From contig JAICQW010000001.1 of assembly GCA_025937665.1 (NCBI GenBank), positions 1 through 41,367 on the forward strand: DNA of 41,367 nucleotides, read 5' to 3'. This DNA comes from Nitrososphaeraceae archaeon (GTDB lineage: Archaea; Thermoproteota; Nitrososphaeria; Nitrososphaerales; Nitrososphaeraceae). Shown one piece after another: positions 8,624 to 19,175 of this stretch. A program made the translations under genes and the position numbers. The notes under the pieces are model-generated. The model made no database searches. It was not told the DNA's origin and was given only the letters and a program-made list of their open reading frames with translations. Each line of letters starts with the position of its first letter. The stretch's first letter is position 1.

Positions 8624-10789
8624 TTGGCAAAAGATCCCATTTGTGGCATGTTTGTTGAAGAAAAACTTGATTCTATCAGATACAGTACGAAAGGTAAAGA
8701 GTATTTGTTTTGCAGTAATCAATGTCTGCATGAATTTATAGAGCCAGAAAAGGAACTCAAGAAATTAAAAATTCATGTAGCGATAAGCATTGGCCTAACA
8801 ATACCTATATTATTTTTGAGCTTGCCTCATATGCTTCCTACCCAACTCGGTCAATTTCTTCCTACGGACTTGATGCATAACTCAAATTATATTACGTTTG
8901 TATTGGCTACTCCTTTACAATTTTGGATTGGCTGGAGATTCTATAAGGGCTTTTGGGACGGCGTTATGTCAAGAGCATCAAACATGGATACACTTATAGC
9001 AATAGGAACTTCGGCAGCGTATCTGTATAGCGCTGCAGTAACAATCACTCCAGATCTCTTTCCATTTAAAGCAGTTTACTTTGAAACTGCGGCTGTAATT
9101 ATTACTTTGATACTTATGGGTAGATTGCTAGAAACAAGAACAAAAGAAAGAGCTTCTATTGCAGTAAGAAAATTACTTGATTTACAGCCACGTATGGCTA
9201 ACGTATTGCGACCAACAACTAGTCCTTCTGGACAAATCCTCGAAACGGAAACTGAAATTCCTATTGAGCAAATTAGGGAAGGGGATATATTGATAGTTAG
9301 ACCTGGTGAGAGTATTCCCGCCGACGGACTAATAATAGAGGGTACATCCTCATTGGACGAATCTCCTATTACCGGAGAGAGTATTCCTGTTGATAAAACA
9401 AAAGGTGGAGACGTTATTGGCGCAACTATGAACAAGACAGGCTTGTTAAAGATTAAAGCTGCAAAGGTCGGACAAGATACAGTACTCTCACAGATAATAA
9501 ATCTTGTTGAAGAAGCTCGGACCGGCAAAGCTCAAATGCAAAGGACAGTAGATCAGGTTGCAAAATATTTTGTTCCTGCAATAGTTATCACTGCGATCGG
9601 CGTAGGGTTAGGTTGGTATTTTGTGGGAAACATAGGTTTCACATATAGTCTTTTAGCTTTCGTTTCAGTAATCATTATTGCCTGTCCTTGTGCCCTGGGA
9701 ATTGCCACACCTGCTGCATTGATGATGGGCTCCGCAAAGGCTTCTGAGCACGGTATACTATTCAAGGGTGGAGAATATCTGGAGATTGCAAGTAAAGTAC
9801 AAACAATAGTGTTTGACAAGACTGGAACACTAACAGAAGGTAAACCATCTGTTACCGATATTTATGCTATATCTAGATCCAAAATTGGAGAAAAGGAATT
9901 GCTGCGATTGGCAGCCATTGCAGAATCGGGCTCTGAACATCCATTAGGACAGGCAATTGTAAGGAAAGCAAAAGAAGATAATGTGATTCCAAGTCCAGAA
10001 TTAGCCGAATCAATTGCAGGGAATGGAATAATTGCGAAGTATCAAAACCATGTATTTATGGTAGGAACAAGGAAACTTATGGTTGATAATAAAATTTCAA
10101 TTTCTCAAGATATTGAGTCAAAGTTGAGCGAATTTGAAAATGAGGGCAAGACTGCTGTCTTGGTATCGATAGATTCTAAACTTTCTGGAATTTTAGCTCT
10201 TGCTGATACATTAAAAAATACTGCCAAGACTGCTGTGGGGTCCTTAAAATTTGATGGGAAAGAGGTCATACTGCTTACAGGAGACAATGAGAGAACAGCA
10301 AATCATATAGCAGCTGAATTAGGAATCAAAAATGTTATGTCCCAAGTTATACCACAACAAAAAGAAAAAGTAATCGCAAAACTCATGTCGGAGAAGAAAA
10401 TAGTAGCCATGGTAGGAGACGGAATTAATGATGCACCAGCATTAGCTAGAGCAGACTTGGGAATAGCTATTGGATCAGGGACAGATGTCGCAAAAGAAAC
10501 TGGTGGTATTATACTAATAAAAGGTGACGTTAGAGACGTATCCATAGCACTCGAGCTAGGTAGGAGAACAGTTTCCAAGATTAAACAGAATCTTTTCTGG
10601 GCTTTTGCATATAATACAGGATTGATACCAATTGCTGGAGGCGTATTAGTTCCGCTACTCGGAGTCGGAATATTTGGATGGTTACCAATGTTGGCAGCAC
10701 TTGCAATGGCTATGAGTTCTGTAACTGTAGTTGGTAACTCTATTTTACTTGGAAGATATAAACCAAAGTTCTCTCATGCATCAGTATAG
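8624..10789 (+). CDS. copA: Cu(I)-exporting P1B-1 ATPase with N-terminal YHS/TRASH domain
   Basis: KDPICGM...FCSNQC, TGES, CPC, DKTGT, SEHPL, GDGINDAP, YN and MAMSS motifs; TTG start. Confidence 0.95.
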   Translation: MAKDPICGMFVEEKLDSIRYSTKGKEYLFCSNQCLHEFIEPEKELKKLKIHVAISIGLTIPILFLSLPHMLPTQLGQFLPTDLMHNSNYITFVLATPLQFWIGWRFYKGFWDGVMSRASNMDTLIAIGTSAAYLYSAAVTITPDLFPFKAVYFETAAVIITLILMGRLLETRTKERASIAVRKLLDLQPRMANVLRPTTSPSGQILETETEIPIEQIREGDILIVRPGESIPADGLIIEGTSSLDESPITGESIPVDKTKGGDVIGATMNKTGLLKIKAAKVGQDTVLSQIINLVEEARTGKAQMQRTVDQVAKYFVPAIVITAIGVGLGWYFVGNIGFTYSLLAFVSVIIIACPCALGIATPAALMMGSAKASEHGILFKGGEYLEIASKVQTIVFDKTGTLTEGKPSVTDIYAISRSKIGEKELLRLAAIAESGSEHPLGQAIVRKAKEDNVIPSPELAESIAGNGIIAKYQNHVFMVGTRKLMVDNKISISQDIESKLSEFENEGKTAVLVSIDSKLSGILALADTLKNTAKTAVGSLKFDGKEVILLTGDNERTANHIAAELGIKNVMSQVIPQQKEKVIAKLMSEKKIVAMVGDGINDAPALARADLGIAIGSGTDVAKETGGIILIKGDVRDVSIALELGRRTVSKIKQNLFWAFAYNTGLIPIAGGVLVPLLGVGIFGWLPMLAALAMAMSSVTVVGNSILLGRYKPKFSHASV

Positions 10790-10827
10790 ATTTCCAATTT
10801 ATCTTACAAAATAAACAACATGCAATT

Positions 10828-12135
10828 TTATTCGGGCAGTATTCTGAAAACCTTGCCTTGTCCAATAGATACTACATACAAGTAACCATCTGGGCCAACC
10901 GTGAGGTCAGTTATGCCACCAAATCCCGCTCCGAATATAATCTCTTCTGCTCCAGAGGTGACCGGGTTCCGAATATATCTATCTGCAAGTGCTGGGGGAA
11001 GTATGAGGTCATTTCTTGCTTCGTTTAGTTCAAAGTGATAAATACGACCATTGTGAACATCTCCAACAAACATGTCGTTCTCATATTGAGGTCCTAATTT
11101 GTCAGAATCTAGAAATACTATTGACGTCAATCCTGAGCTTTTTGTCCAAACTAATTTGGGATCATAATATCTTCCGTTACCATCAAATGTTATCAGATCA
11201 TCAGTATTAAATTTTTTTTGCGAGGCTGAAAAACCATACATTTGTTGCCAACCGCTATTGAATCCTGGATTTACTAGGTTTATTTCATCTCCATCAGCTG
11301 GTCCATTCTCTGTATCCCATAGGAAGCCTGTTATGGGATCAAAATCGAGTCCAAAACTGTTCCTAATACCATAGGCGTAATACAATCGCAAAGGCATGGA
11401 ATCTCCTAATATCCCCTCTCCTACTGGCTTTCCACCTTGTGTTATTCTTAGAATACCGCTGCGTCCATCCGCAACTATTCCATCATCAAAGTTTTGAGCT
11501 TGTGTTGCTTCAAAATCGGCTTTAAATGACCCGTCAATGTCTCCTACTGGAACGTAAATGTTGTTGTCAGGACCGATTTGTATTGCTCCTCCGTTATGTC
11601 TTGGTCCAGGGTCTGCAGGCAAATCCAAAAGAAGTACGGGATTTACAAGTCTATTATCAACTAATTCATATTTGTATAGGCGATTTCCTATTGGGGTTTT
11701 ACCTGTCCTATCACTTCCATCATTACCATTAATTTCGGTAAAGTAGAGGTAAACATTTGTTTTAAAATCATTTTTGGAAACTGCGATTCCACACATTCCC
11801 CTTTCAATAGAATTTGCTACGTCCACATCAAGAAGAGGCATATCTGTGACTATCCCTCTATTAACCCTCATTACGGTTCCTTTGTCCTTTTCCAAAACAA
11901 GAAAGTCATCAGGACCCAGGAAAGCCATGGTTGTAGGTACTTGCAACCCTTCAGCTACTTCCTCAACTTTGAGGTTGGAATCTGAGACTTCGGGATGGTC
12001 AGTCCCCTTGTTAAGCACCCTTTCTTTCAACGTGGTTTGACCATGGGTTTGATCAAAATAAAAGGTGAAATTAAAGATAAGAATAAAGAGAAACAGAAGA
12101 GTAAGATAGCTGTTCACCCTAGGCTGAAAAAGCAA
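10828..12135 (-). CDS. PQQ-dependent glucose/sorbosone (aldose sugar) dehydrogenase family, secreted
   Basis: ERG..GIA, HNGG, YAYGIRNSFGLDFDP, WDTENG..DEIN, GPDGYLY motifs. Confidence 0.9.
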   Translation of the reverse strand: MLFQPRVNSYLTLLFLFILIFNFTFYFDQTHGQTTLKERVLNKGTDHPEVSDSNLKVEEVAEGLQVPTTMAFLGPDDFLVLEKDKGTVMRVNRGIVTDMPLLDVDVANSIERGMCGIAVSKNDFKTNVYLYFTEINGNDGSDRTGKTPIGNRLYKYELVDNRLVNPVLLLDLPADPGPRHNGGAIQIGPDNNIYVPVGDIDGSFKADFEATQAQNFDDGIVADGRSGILRITQGGKPVGEGILGDSMPLRLYYAYGIRNSFGLDFDPITGFLWDTENGPADGDEINLVNPGFNSGWQQMYGFSASQKKFNTDDLITFDGNGRYYDPKLVWTKSSGLTSIVFLDSDKLGPQYENDMFVGDVHNGRIYHFELNEARNDLILPPALADRYIRNPVTSGAEEIIFGAGFGGITDLTVGPDGYLYVVSIGQGKVFRILPE

Positions 12136-12262
12136 GATTAGGCTCGCGTTTCACAGCAAGTAACGACAAATATTAATTTACCTTCTCAGTTCTAACATCA
12201 ATTCTGCCGTTAGCATTTAATTCTCATAACGTTTATGAATATTGACTAATAATTCTCGTTAG

Positions 12263-12880
12263 TTGAAATCACTTTTAGTCTACACAATTACATTTTTTAT
12301 GTTCTCAGCATCATCACTATATTTTTTGGTTGCAATTTTTGGCGAGAGTATCGAAAGCGACGAAACACACATTTCGCAGCCAGTTGAAGGACAAGAAGAC
12401 GTTGTTAATGAATCCGGCCACAGTGAAGGCCAGGGAGAACTTGAAACACTGAGTAAAACAAATGAAACATCAGAACAACATTTACAAGAAGAACAGGTTC
12501 TCGCTCAAAACGCAAGTGAATCAAATCAGATTGAACATGAACAAGGAGATGGGACACAACATCAGAAAATGTTTGAAAAACAGCGCCGGATATTAGAATT
12601 ACCACTTTCAGTTGGAGCTGGAATCGGCTACGCTGCAACAGGACTATGGATGATACTAGACAAGAAGAACAGTAAAAGTCCGTATATAATAGCAATAGTT
12701 GGTTCTTTGATATTATTAGGATTATATGCTTCATCCCGAACAATAGGGATTTCCAATTGGGGAATAGAGCCCATAGGCATATTGGATTCAGTTGTGGCAG
12801 GACTCCAGGTCGCAATTGTTGCTACTTGTCTGTATATTCTAATGAATAGAATACATCCCGATGGAATAACTGTTGATTAA
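12263..12880 (+). CDS. Membrane protein with an acidic, His-containing loop
   Basis: One N-terminal TM, a Glu/Gln/His-rich loop, then three TM helices. Confidence 0.7.
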   Translation: MKSLLVYTITFFMFSASSLYFLVAIFGESIESDETHISQPVEGQEDVVNESGHSEGQGELETLSKTNETSEQHLQEEQVLAQNASESNQIEHEQGDGTQHQKMFEKQRRILELPLSVGAGIGYAATGLWMILDKKNSKSPYIIAIVGSLILLGLYASSRTIGISNWGIEPIGILDSVVAGLQVAIVATCLYILMNRIHPDGITVD

Positions 12881-12948
12881 TAGCATTCAAATATTCAGAA
12901 AAACAGTCTAGACAAGATTAAATAGTCGAAATAGATACTTCGGCAATT

Positions 12949-13350
12949 TCAGAAAGTCTCGTTACGTACTAGACTTAACAAAGAATCTTCAATTTGCCTT
13001 AGTTTCACGGGTTTAATCAAAATATCAATATTCTTGTCGTAAAAAACCTCATGCTTTGATATTTCATGATCTAAAAATTCAAAAGCAGTAATGAACATTA
13101 TAGATGATGATGGAAATTTCTTTAGGATTTCCGATGCGACTTCAATTCCGTTCCTGTTACCTGGTAACCGATAATCTATGATATAAGCATTAGGACGCTC
13201 GATATCAATATCGTCCAATATAGTTTCAGAGTTAATATACGTCCTAATTACTCGATGACCTTTCCTAGAAAGATAGTCGCTGTAAAGGGTTAGAATGTCC
13301 TCTTCGTCATCAAGAATCATTATTGTTAACCTTTTTCTTGTTTCTACCAT
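12949..13350 (-). CDS. Stand-alone response regulator receiver protein
   Basis: ILDDE, IIDYRLPG (phosphoacceptor Asp), FITA and KP motifs. Start may instead be 13368. Confidence 0.9.
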   Translation of the reverse strand: MVETRKRLTIMILDDEEDILTLYSDYLSRKGHRVIRTYINSETILDDIDIERPNAYIIDYRLPGNRNGIEVASEILKKFPSSSIMFITAFEFLDHEISKHEVFYDKNIDILIKPVKLRQIEDSLLSLVRNETF

Positions 13351-13643
13351 GATGAACAATCCGCTCAATTAATCTGCTCGGTCGATCGCTTATGACGATT
13401 AATTGTAATCATCGTTGGATCAACATACTATTTACAAGTTTATCAGGATTATGTCTTATATCCTGACATGTATTACTGACAAGTACTACTCGACTATCTA
13501 GTCCCACGAGGACTTATCGTTTTATGCCGTAAAATTGTTATTCTTTTTACATATTGCATGAGGAAGTAAAATATTGGATAGGAAGTTTATCAAATTAAGA
13601 TAATAATAAAAAGTTATAACAAGGTTTTAATTAATATCCCAAA

Positions 13644-13760
13644 TTGGAAAACCAATCTGATGAATGCCAAATATGTCATCACATTAGAGAGTTCCACATA
13701 TTAGAGAACGGAAAATATGGTATTTGTCTGAAATGTCATTGCATTAATTTTAAAGATTAA
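13644..13760 (+). CDS. 38-aa Cys/His-rich putative zinc-binding microprotein (below the ORF-track cutoff)
   Basis: TTG start; MENQSDECQICHHIREFHILENGKYGICLKCHCINFKD*. Confidence 0.55.
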   Translation: MENQSDECQICHHIREFHILENGKYGICLKCHCINFKD

Positions 13761-13815
13761 AAACCATTTTGTTTATAACACGTACGGACAATAAGCAGAT
13801 AGTAAAAGATCCAAA

Positions 13816-14064
13816 TTATTTTATGGTGTTATTCTGTAGATATTCCTGAAACATTTGCAATGTCGTCAATTGCAAAGTATTCATCATTTGATCACATAAG
13901 GCTTGACTAGTGGCCTGGACCCTTAGGCACGCTTGATATAGCCTAATATCATCAGCGTTTAGATTTTCATAATTCTGAGGCATACCATATACTTGATTTG
14001 AAATAAGAATTGTAAAAACAAGCAAGGTTGTAACTATAAATAAACCCACACTAGTCATTTTCAA
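13816..14064 (-). CDS. Small secreted hypothetical protein
   Basis: Signal peptide ending ..VYG; two Cys in a helical mature part. Confidence 0.5.
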   Translation of the reverse strand: MKMTSVGLFIVTTLLVFTILISNQVYGMPQNYENLNADDIRLYQACLRVQATSQALCDQMMNTLQLTTLQMFQEYLQNNTIK

Positions 14065-14176
14065 ATATTATCTTCACTACTACTTGAGTTTTATCTCTTG
14101 TCCAACTATATTCGCATGTCCCTCCTTCCCTTAGTGGTCATTTTGATCTTAAATTACGATGCAAGGTATTGAAATT

Positions 14177-14410
14177 ATGGGCCGAACTGTACCTTCATAT
14201 CGAATTGCTTCTGAAAGAGAAAGAAGGAAGTGGAAAATATTTAGAGATCAATTGGACAAACGTGAAAGAAAAACATTTGATGAAATGATGTCCATTTCAA
14301 GATTGTATAATGTTGCTGGTGTAGGTTCTTGTAAACCTGTTCTATTTCATCCGATTCTGATTTCTATAATATTTGATCATTATAAGCAAATGAGAAAAAT
14401 TCGAAAATGA
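14177..14410 (+). CDS. Small archaeal MGRT-type helical protein; resembles the small gene of polB2 operons (arCOG07300-like)
   Basis: MGRTVPSYR....E...W..FR..L...ER..FD.M...R pattern. Family assignment is from memory. Confidence 0.6.
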   Translation: MGRTVPSYRIASERERRKWKIFRDQLDKRERKTFDEMMSISRLYNVAGVGSCKPVLFHPILISIIFDHYKQMRKIRK

Positions 14411-14533
14411 AATAAAGATGATTAAGAATTGATCACAGGATTAATTTTGTTTTTGAAATGGAGATGGTCGTTTGTGAACATTTTTGACATGATTTCTTGA
14501 CCCAATGATTTAGCGTATGATTTATAATTAAGG

Positions 14534-14571
14534 TTCGGTGGGATTGGGACAGTCCATGTAGTAGGGTCCTG
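14534..14571 (+). repeat. Degenerate 38-bp direct repeat, copy 1
   Basis: ttcggtgggattgggacagtccatgtagtagggtcctg; 33/38 identical to 16461-16498. Confidence 0.8.
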
Positions 14572-14617
14572 TTACATGGTATTTAGCTTTTCCTTATCTA
14601 CAATAAGAATATCATAA

Positions 14618-15658
14618 TCAGCGACCTGGTTCAAATACTTGAATGTTTTCGTTCTTCCGATCAGAGACGTAGACTCGCCCTTCTGAATCTACCGCGAGAT
14701 GCTCGGGAACTCTAAATTGTCCGACATCTTCTCCATAAGATCCCCATTTTGTAATGAAGTTGCCGTTACTATCGAACTTTAAGACCCGTGGTTGATGACT
14801 GCATCCTGGGTCTTCCTGGGGATCTGTAACGTATACATTATCATATTTATCCACAGCAATATGCTCAATATGACAAAATTGGTTGTCGCCGCCACCCTTA
14901 GATCCCCACATCAATATCGGATTCCACTGGCTATCAAATTTCTGAATACGTTCATTGCCCCTCTCGTTAACAATAAAATTATTTTTTGAATCTATTTCAA
15001 TTGTCGTTGGGAGGTTGAATTCGCCAATCGCGCTACCCAACTTTCCAATAGACTCAACAAAGTTCCCATTTATATCAAATTTCTGAATACGATTATTTTT
15101 GGAATCCGCCACATACACATATTCTAGGTTCTTATCAACAGCAACATGTCTGGGGTTATCAAATTTTCCTATTTCATCACTTGGCTCAGCATCTTTATTT
15201 CCAAATTTCAAGATAAAGTTACCGTTACTATCAAATTTTTGCACTCTATCATTGGCTCTGTCAACGACCCATACATTACCATTAATATCAACATCAATTC
15301 CATAAGGGACGTGGAATTGACCATCACCGTTACCTAATTTACCCCAAGCAAAAAGAAATGTACCGTTCTTGTCGAATGCTTGAATTCTATTACCATCTCT
15401 ATCTACAGCATAGAGAATCTTTTCATCGGGACTAAAATCTAAATCATGCGGACGCTGAAATTGACCATCATCTTTTCCTTCAGAACCCCATTTCTTGTAG
15501 AATTCATACACAGTAGCTTTTTGGAAGGCGGTTACATGAGAGAAAAAATCAAAATTAGATAAATGCGTTAGTGTTCCTAACACAATTATGAATATAATAA
15601 TATGTTGAACTAAACCAGGACAATTTTGAAAAAAGTGATTATTATTGGAAGCGGTCAT
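14618..15658 (-). CDS. NHL-repeat six-bladed beta-propeller protein, membrane-anchored or secreted
   Basis: Six repeats of G..G...GQF..P..(I/L)..D....YV.D..N.RIQKFD.NG. Confidence 0.9.
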   Translation of the reverse strand: MTASNNNHFFQNCPGLVQHIIIFIIVLGTLTHLSNFDFFSHVTAFQKATVYEFYKKWGSEGKDDGQFQRPHDLDFSPDEKILYAVDRDGNRIQAFDKNGTFLFAWGKLGNGDGQFHVPYGIDVDINGNVWVVDRANDRVQKFDSNGNFILKFGNKDAEPSDEIGKFDNPRHVAVDKNLEYVYVADSKNNRIQKFDINGNFVESIGKLGSAIGEFNLPTTIEIDSKNNFIVNERGNERIQKFDSQWNPILMWGSKGGGDNQFCHIEHIAVDKYDNVYVTDPQEDPGCSHQPRVLKFDSNGNFITKWGSYGEDVGQFRVPEHLAVDSEGRVYVSDRKNENIQVFEPGR

Positions 15659-15717
15659 CAGTTAATCTACTGTAGATGTCGATAATTAAACATGATCGAA
15701 TTTTCATTTCAGTAAAA

Positions 15718-16070
15718 TTACTTCCCATTAAACTTTTTTATAAACACTGTCATACCAATCATAGCACTTGTCACAAAGATAGAGCTAAAGTAGATAGCTA
15801 CGTCAAGACTATAAGCATCCCACAGATAACCAAACAAAATATTACCAATAAAAAAGCCTACACCAATTACGAGATTATATAATCCGTATGCTGTTCCCCT
15901 TAAGTTAGAGTCTACGTATTTAGGTAATACCGCTCTCTGCACAGTTTCAGTAATTCCTACGTATACACCATAAATCAAAGCTATGACAAATGCATAAATG
16001 AAGTTACCAGAAAGAATAACTATTAAAAACGATGAAATCAGCAAGATACCATAACCTAGAATCAATACTA
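15718..16070 (-). pseudogene. C-terminal fragment of an MFS transporter
   Basis: Four TM helices with YGVYVGITETVQRA...RGTAYGLYN...FGYLWD; the N-terminal two-thirds is missing. Confidence 0.75.
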
Positions 16071-16321
16071 ATTGCTTCCTCATATCTCTCAAGGTTGTCA
16101 TGTGCCAACGCTTTGCTGTATAAAGTATCCACATTTTTAGGATCAATCTCTAACGCTTTATCATACCAGGTAATAGATTCCTCATATTTTGACATGTTAT
16201 ATAGCGAATTAGCTTTTTCGACTAATTCAGAAACTGAACTAGTATTTGGTAACTGACCTTCAGCACTTTCAATTTGGTAACTACTACCAATACCCATTAC
16301 AATTACGACAGTCAGCAACAT
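16070..16321 (-). pseudogene. Truncated secreted TPR protein
   Basis: KANSLYNMSKYEESITWYDKALEIDPKNVDTLYSKALAHDNLERYEEAI, about 1.5 TPRs, then runs out of frame into MFS sequence. Confidence 0.75.
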
Positions 16322-16460
16322 TGTTACTGTTAAAGAGTAAGAAATGAAACCATTTTATGGGGAAAGGAAAAATCTTGGCAATGGATAGACTGTTATCTCT
16401 CAATGTTCGTAAATGTTGAATCTTGGAGTGTCGTATATAAATTAATTAAATGACTTCAAC

Positions 16461-16498
16461 TTCGGTGGGATTCGGACATTCGATGTAGTCGGGTTCTG
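16461..16498 (+). repeat. Degenerate 38-bp direct repeat, copy 2
   Basis: ttcggtgggattcggacattcgatgtagtcgggttctg. Confidence 0.8.
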
Positions 16499-16613
16499 CT
16501 TATCAAATGAATATTATAAGAACAGAATACGGATAGTATCCTTGCTATACAATTTGTTTAGCCAAACAAGACACTAGCTTAATTAAAAAAAGGAATATAA
16601 GTTTAGGTTCTTA

Positions 16614-17021
16614 TTAGTAATCACCAGTAGCGCATTTTTGGATCTCATAATCTGCTAGATGTTCTTCACCATCATCGTCAGGTAAGTCGAACCTATCTTT
16701 TAGACAATCCTGCACCTTTTCTGTAGTGCTCATGAAGACAGTTGTATCCTTAAAGTCTGACCAATCATCTACAGAGCCTTTTACTTCCATATGGTCAATC
16801 GATTCGGCAAGTTCACATATGGTTACAGAATCATCGCTGAGCATCTCTTTAAACTCTTTTGAAGATGGGTCATTTGATCCATGTCCTTCCGCATCCCACT
16901 TCTCAACACCCTTTATGTCTTCACATTTTTCTGCACTTACATTGTTTACTGTCATTGTTGTTGTTGCCGTAGTAGATATTGTTGCCAGTAACGCTAATGC
17001 AAACAGTAACGATTTTGTCAT
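16614..17021 (-). CDS. Secreted acidic hypothetical protein
   Basis: Signal peptide with a Thr run; Asp/Glu-rich mature region with four Cys. Confidence 0.7.
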   Translation of the reverse strand: MTKSLLFALALLATISTTATTTMTVNNVSAEKCEDIKGVEKWDAEGHGSNDPSSKEFKEMLSDDSVTICELAESIDHMEVKGSVDDWSDFKDTTVFMSTTEKVQDCLKDRFDLPDDDGEEHLADYEIQKCATGDY

Positions 17022-17631
17022 AACACAACCAAATGAAAGATAGTATTTCCGTTATAAAAGTTCTACCATTTGAGAATTTATATGAATTAAACAGATGATT
17101 AAGAGGATTCTTGTATTTTACATGCGATTCTTAAGATATCTAAAATGTCGAGTGAATTATTTTATGCTGCAATGCTTTAATCATAAATTGAGAATCTTAT
17201 ACTGTGTTGACTTGACTATTACTTGATCAATTGTTTATCATCACCAAGGCTATCATCTTGGCATTGATTTCTTTTCAACTCTTACCATTTCGAAATTTGT
17301 CTTATATTCAGATATAATATATTAAAACCAATTATAATCAAAGAAATCAAATTTAGTACGTCGAGTTCAATGGCCCCTTAATACACATGGAAGTGTTCTA
17401 AAACACACCAACTTACAACATGTACATATTAGTATAATTAGGAAATCCACCATATTTCACAAAATACTTAAGAAATCTAGTCGTAAGCACAAGTTTATAA
17501 GAAATCTTTAAGTTATATGATATTAACATGAGATTTAAAATTGCATAAGTTTTACTCCCGGCCTGAATCAAAAAATAATACGGGAACAAACGCCGTAGAC
17601 GAAATGTTAGATTTCGTTATATCTAGGAGTC

Positions 17632-18951
17632 ATGGAATTCTCCAAAGTCTTACCAATGTGCCTTTTGAGATTAAGTACTTTTATGAGGTCAACGGTCTTG
17701 AGATTAAGAAATAAATTCATTTTTGCTGTCTCCATTCTTGTTGTCCTACTACTAGGTAATCACGTACCTGTCTACCCCGCCGACAACCATGCCAATCACG
17801 GTACTCAAGTACCGGTGCAGAACGAAAAGAAAGATAATATAGAATATGATGAAGCATCTGGATCATATGCAGAGCAGATTATGGTGTACTGCCAGGATGG
17901 TAACGAACATTGTCCTGCGATTTCTCTGGATGAGCTCAATAAAACAGCAAGCCGACAAGATGTGTTAAGAACTTTTTCAGACCTTAATCTTTTACATGAT
18001 AAAAGAGATCACAGTTGTCATCATGTAGGTCACCATCTAGGATCGTGGTTGTATAATTACACAGGTGATTTAAAAGAGGCGCTAAATTATGCTTCACTTT
18101 ACTGCGGAGGTTCAAATTACCATGGAATTCTTATAAGTTATTTTGAGGACGAGTACCCCGTTCAAAATGTTGGCAAATATCAGATCAGGGTTGCACATCT
18201 TTGCCCTATAGACCAAGAAAATGTCAATTGGATGCATGAACGCGATTGTTTCCATGGGATAGGACATGGCTTGACGAAAATTTACAATTATAACACTACG
18301 GCCGCAGTTAGTCATTGTGATGAGTTTATACGACTATGGGCACAAAGTGCATGCGCAAGAGGTGTATTTATGGAAAATAATGATTACTTTATCCAAACAG
18401 GAAAAGGTGATTTTGACAAGAAGAGGATTTATTCCCCTTGTGACAAAACAATAGAAAAATTTGCCACCCAGTGCTATTATACTTATCCTCGACATTTGTT
18501 GGAACCCAACAATTACTCATTTGAGTCATATGAGGATACATTTGCTCTATGTGATAATATCTCTCCAGAAAAATTTGTTAAATATTGCTATGACGGTATT
18601 GGCAGGTCGTTAGCATACGTTGGATTTAGAAATCCAGAAGAGGCAATTAAAATTTGTTACCAAGGAAATCAACCGGCTTATTACAATGATTGTTTGACAG
18701 GAACGGTGAAGCCAATGTTAAAACAAGATGCAAATACCGGCCCTGCATTCAAGTTCTGCAGTCTTACAGATGTAGATTTTAGATCAGAGTGTCACAAAAT
18801 TGTTGGAACGTGGATAAAAGCATTCCTCAACCCCAACCTACAAGAACTAGAAAGAGAATGCTCAAAGACACCCGAAATTGATTACGTTACCGATTGTATG
18901 AATGCGAGTGAAGAAACGAACGTACAGGCCAGCGTATTGGAACCGATGTAA
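17632..18951 (+). CDS. Secreted Cys/His-rich helical-repeat protein
   Basis: TM/signal segment; CHHVGHHLG, YHGIL, CFHGIGHGL, CARGVFME, CYDGIG repeats. True start may be a downstream Met. Confidence 0.75.
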   Translation: MEFSKVLPMCLLRLSTFMRSTVLRLRNKFIFAVSILVVLLLGNHVPVYPADNHANHGTQVPVQNEKKDNIEYDEASGSYAEQIMVYCQDGNEHCPAISLDELNKTASRQDVLRTFSDLNLLHDKRDHSCHHVGHHLGSWLYNYTGDLKEALNYASLYCGGSNYHGILISYFEDEYPVQNVGKYQIRVAHLCPIDQENVNWMHERDCFHGIGHGLTKIYNYNTTAAVSHCDEFIRLWAQSACARGVFMENNDYFIQTGKGDFDKKRIYSPCDKTIEKFATQCYYTYPRHLLEPNNYSFESYEDTFALCDNISPEKFVKYCYDGIGRSLAYVGFRNPEEAIKICYQGNQPAYYNDCLTGTVKPMLKQDANTGPAFKFCSLTDVDFRSECHKIVGTWIKAFLNPNLQELERECSKTPEIDYVTDCMNASEETNVQASVLEPM

Positions 18952-19175
18952 TTATTTGTATAGTGACAAAAGTGACATATTTTACGCTCGAAATAAACCT
19001 GGAATGTTACTAATTGATGTATTATGCAGTTAAATTTGGCAAACTGTTCTGCTCGTATGAGTATTGTTTACAATATGGATCTGCCAAATCCATTGATTTT
19101 GGTAGAAAATCTCTATTATTCTCAATCAGCGATATTAGTGATTGTTATTATTAAAATGATTAAATTGTTTTTGAC

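Noticed and set aside
14534-16498. tRNA-derived att sites
   Set aside because: The 38-bp repeats do not match tRNA-Pro and do not form a recognisable T arm or acceptor end.
17632-18951. Multiheme cytochrome c
   Set aside because: No CxxCH motifs despite the Cys/His richness.
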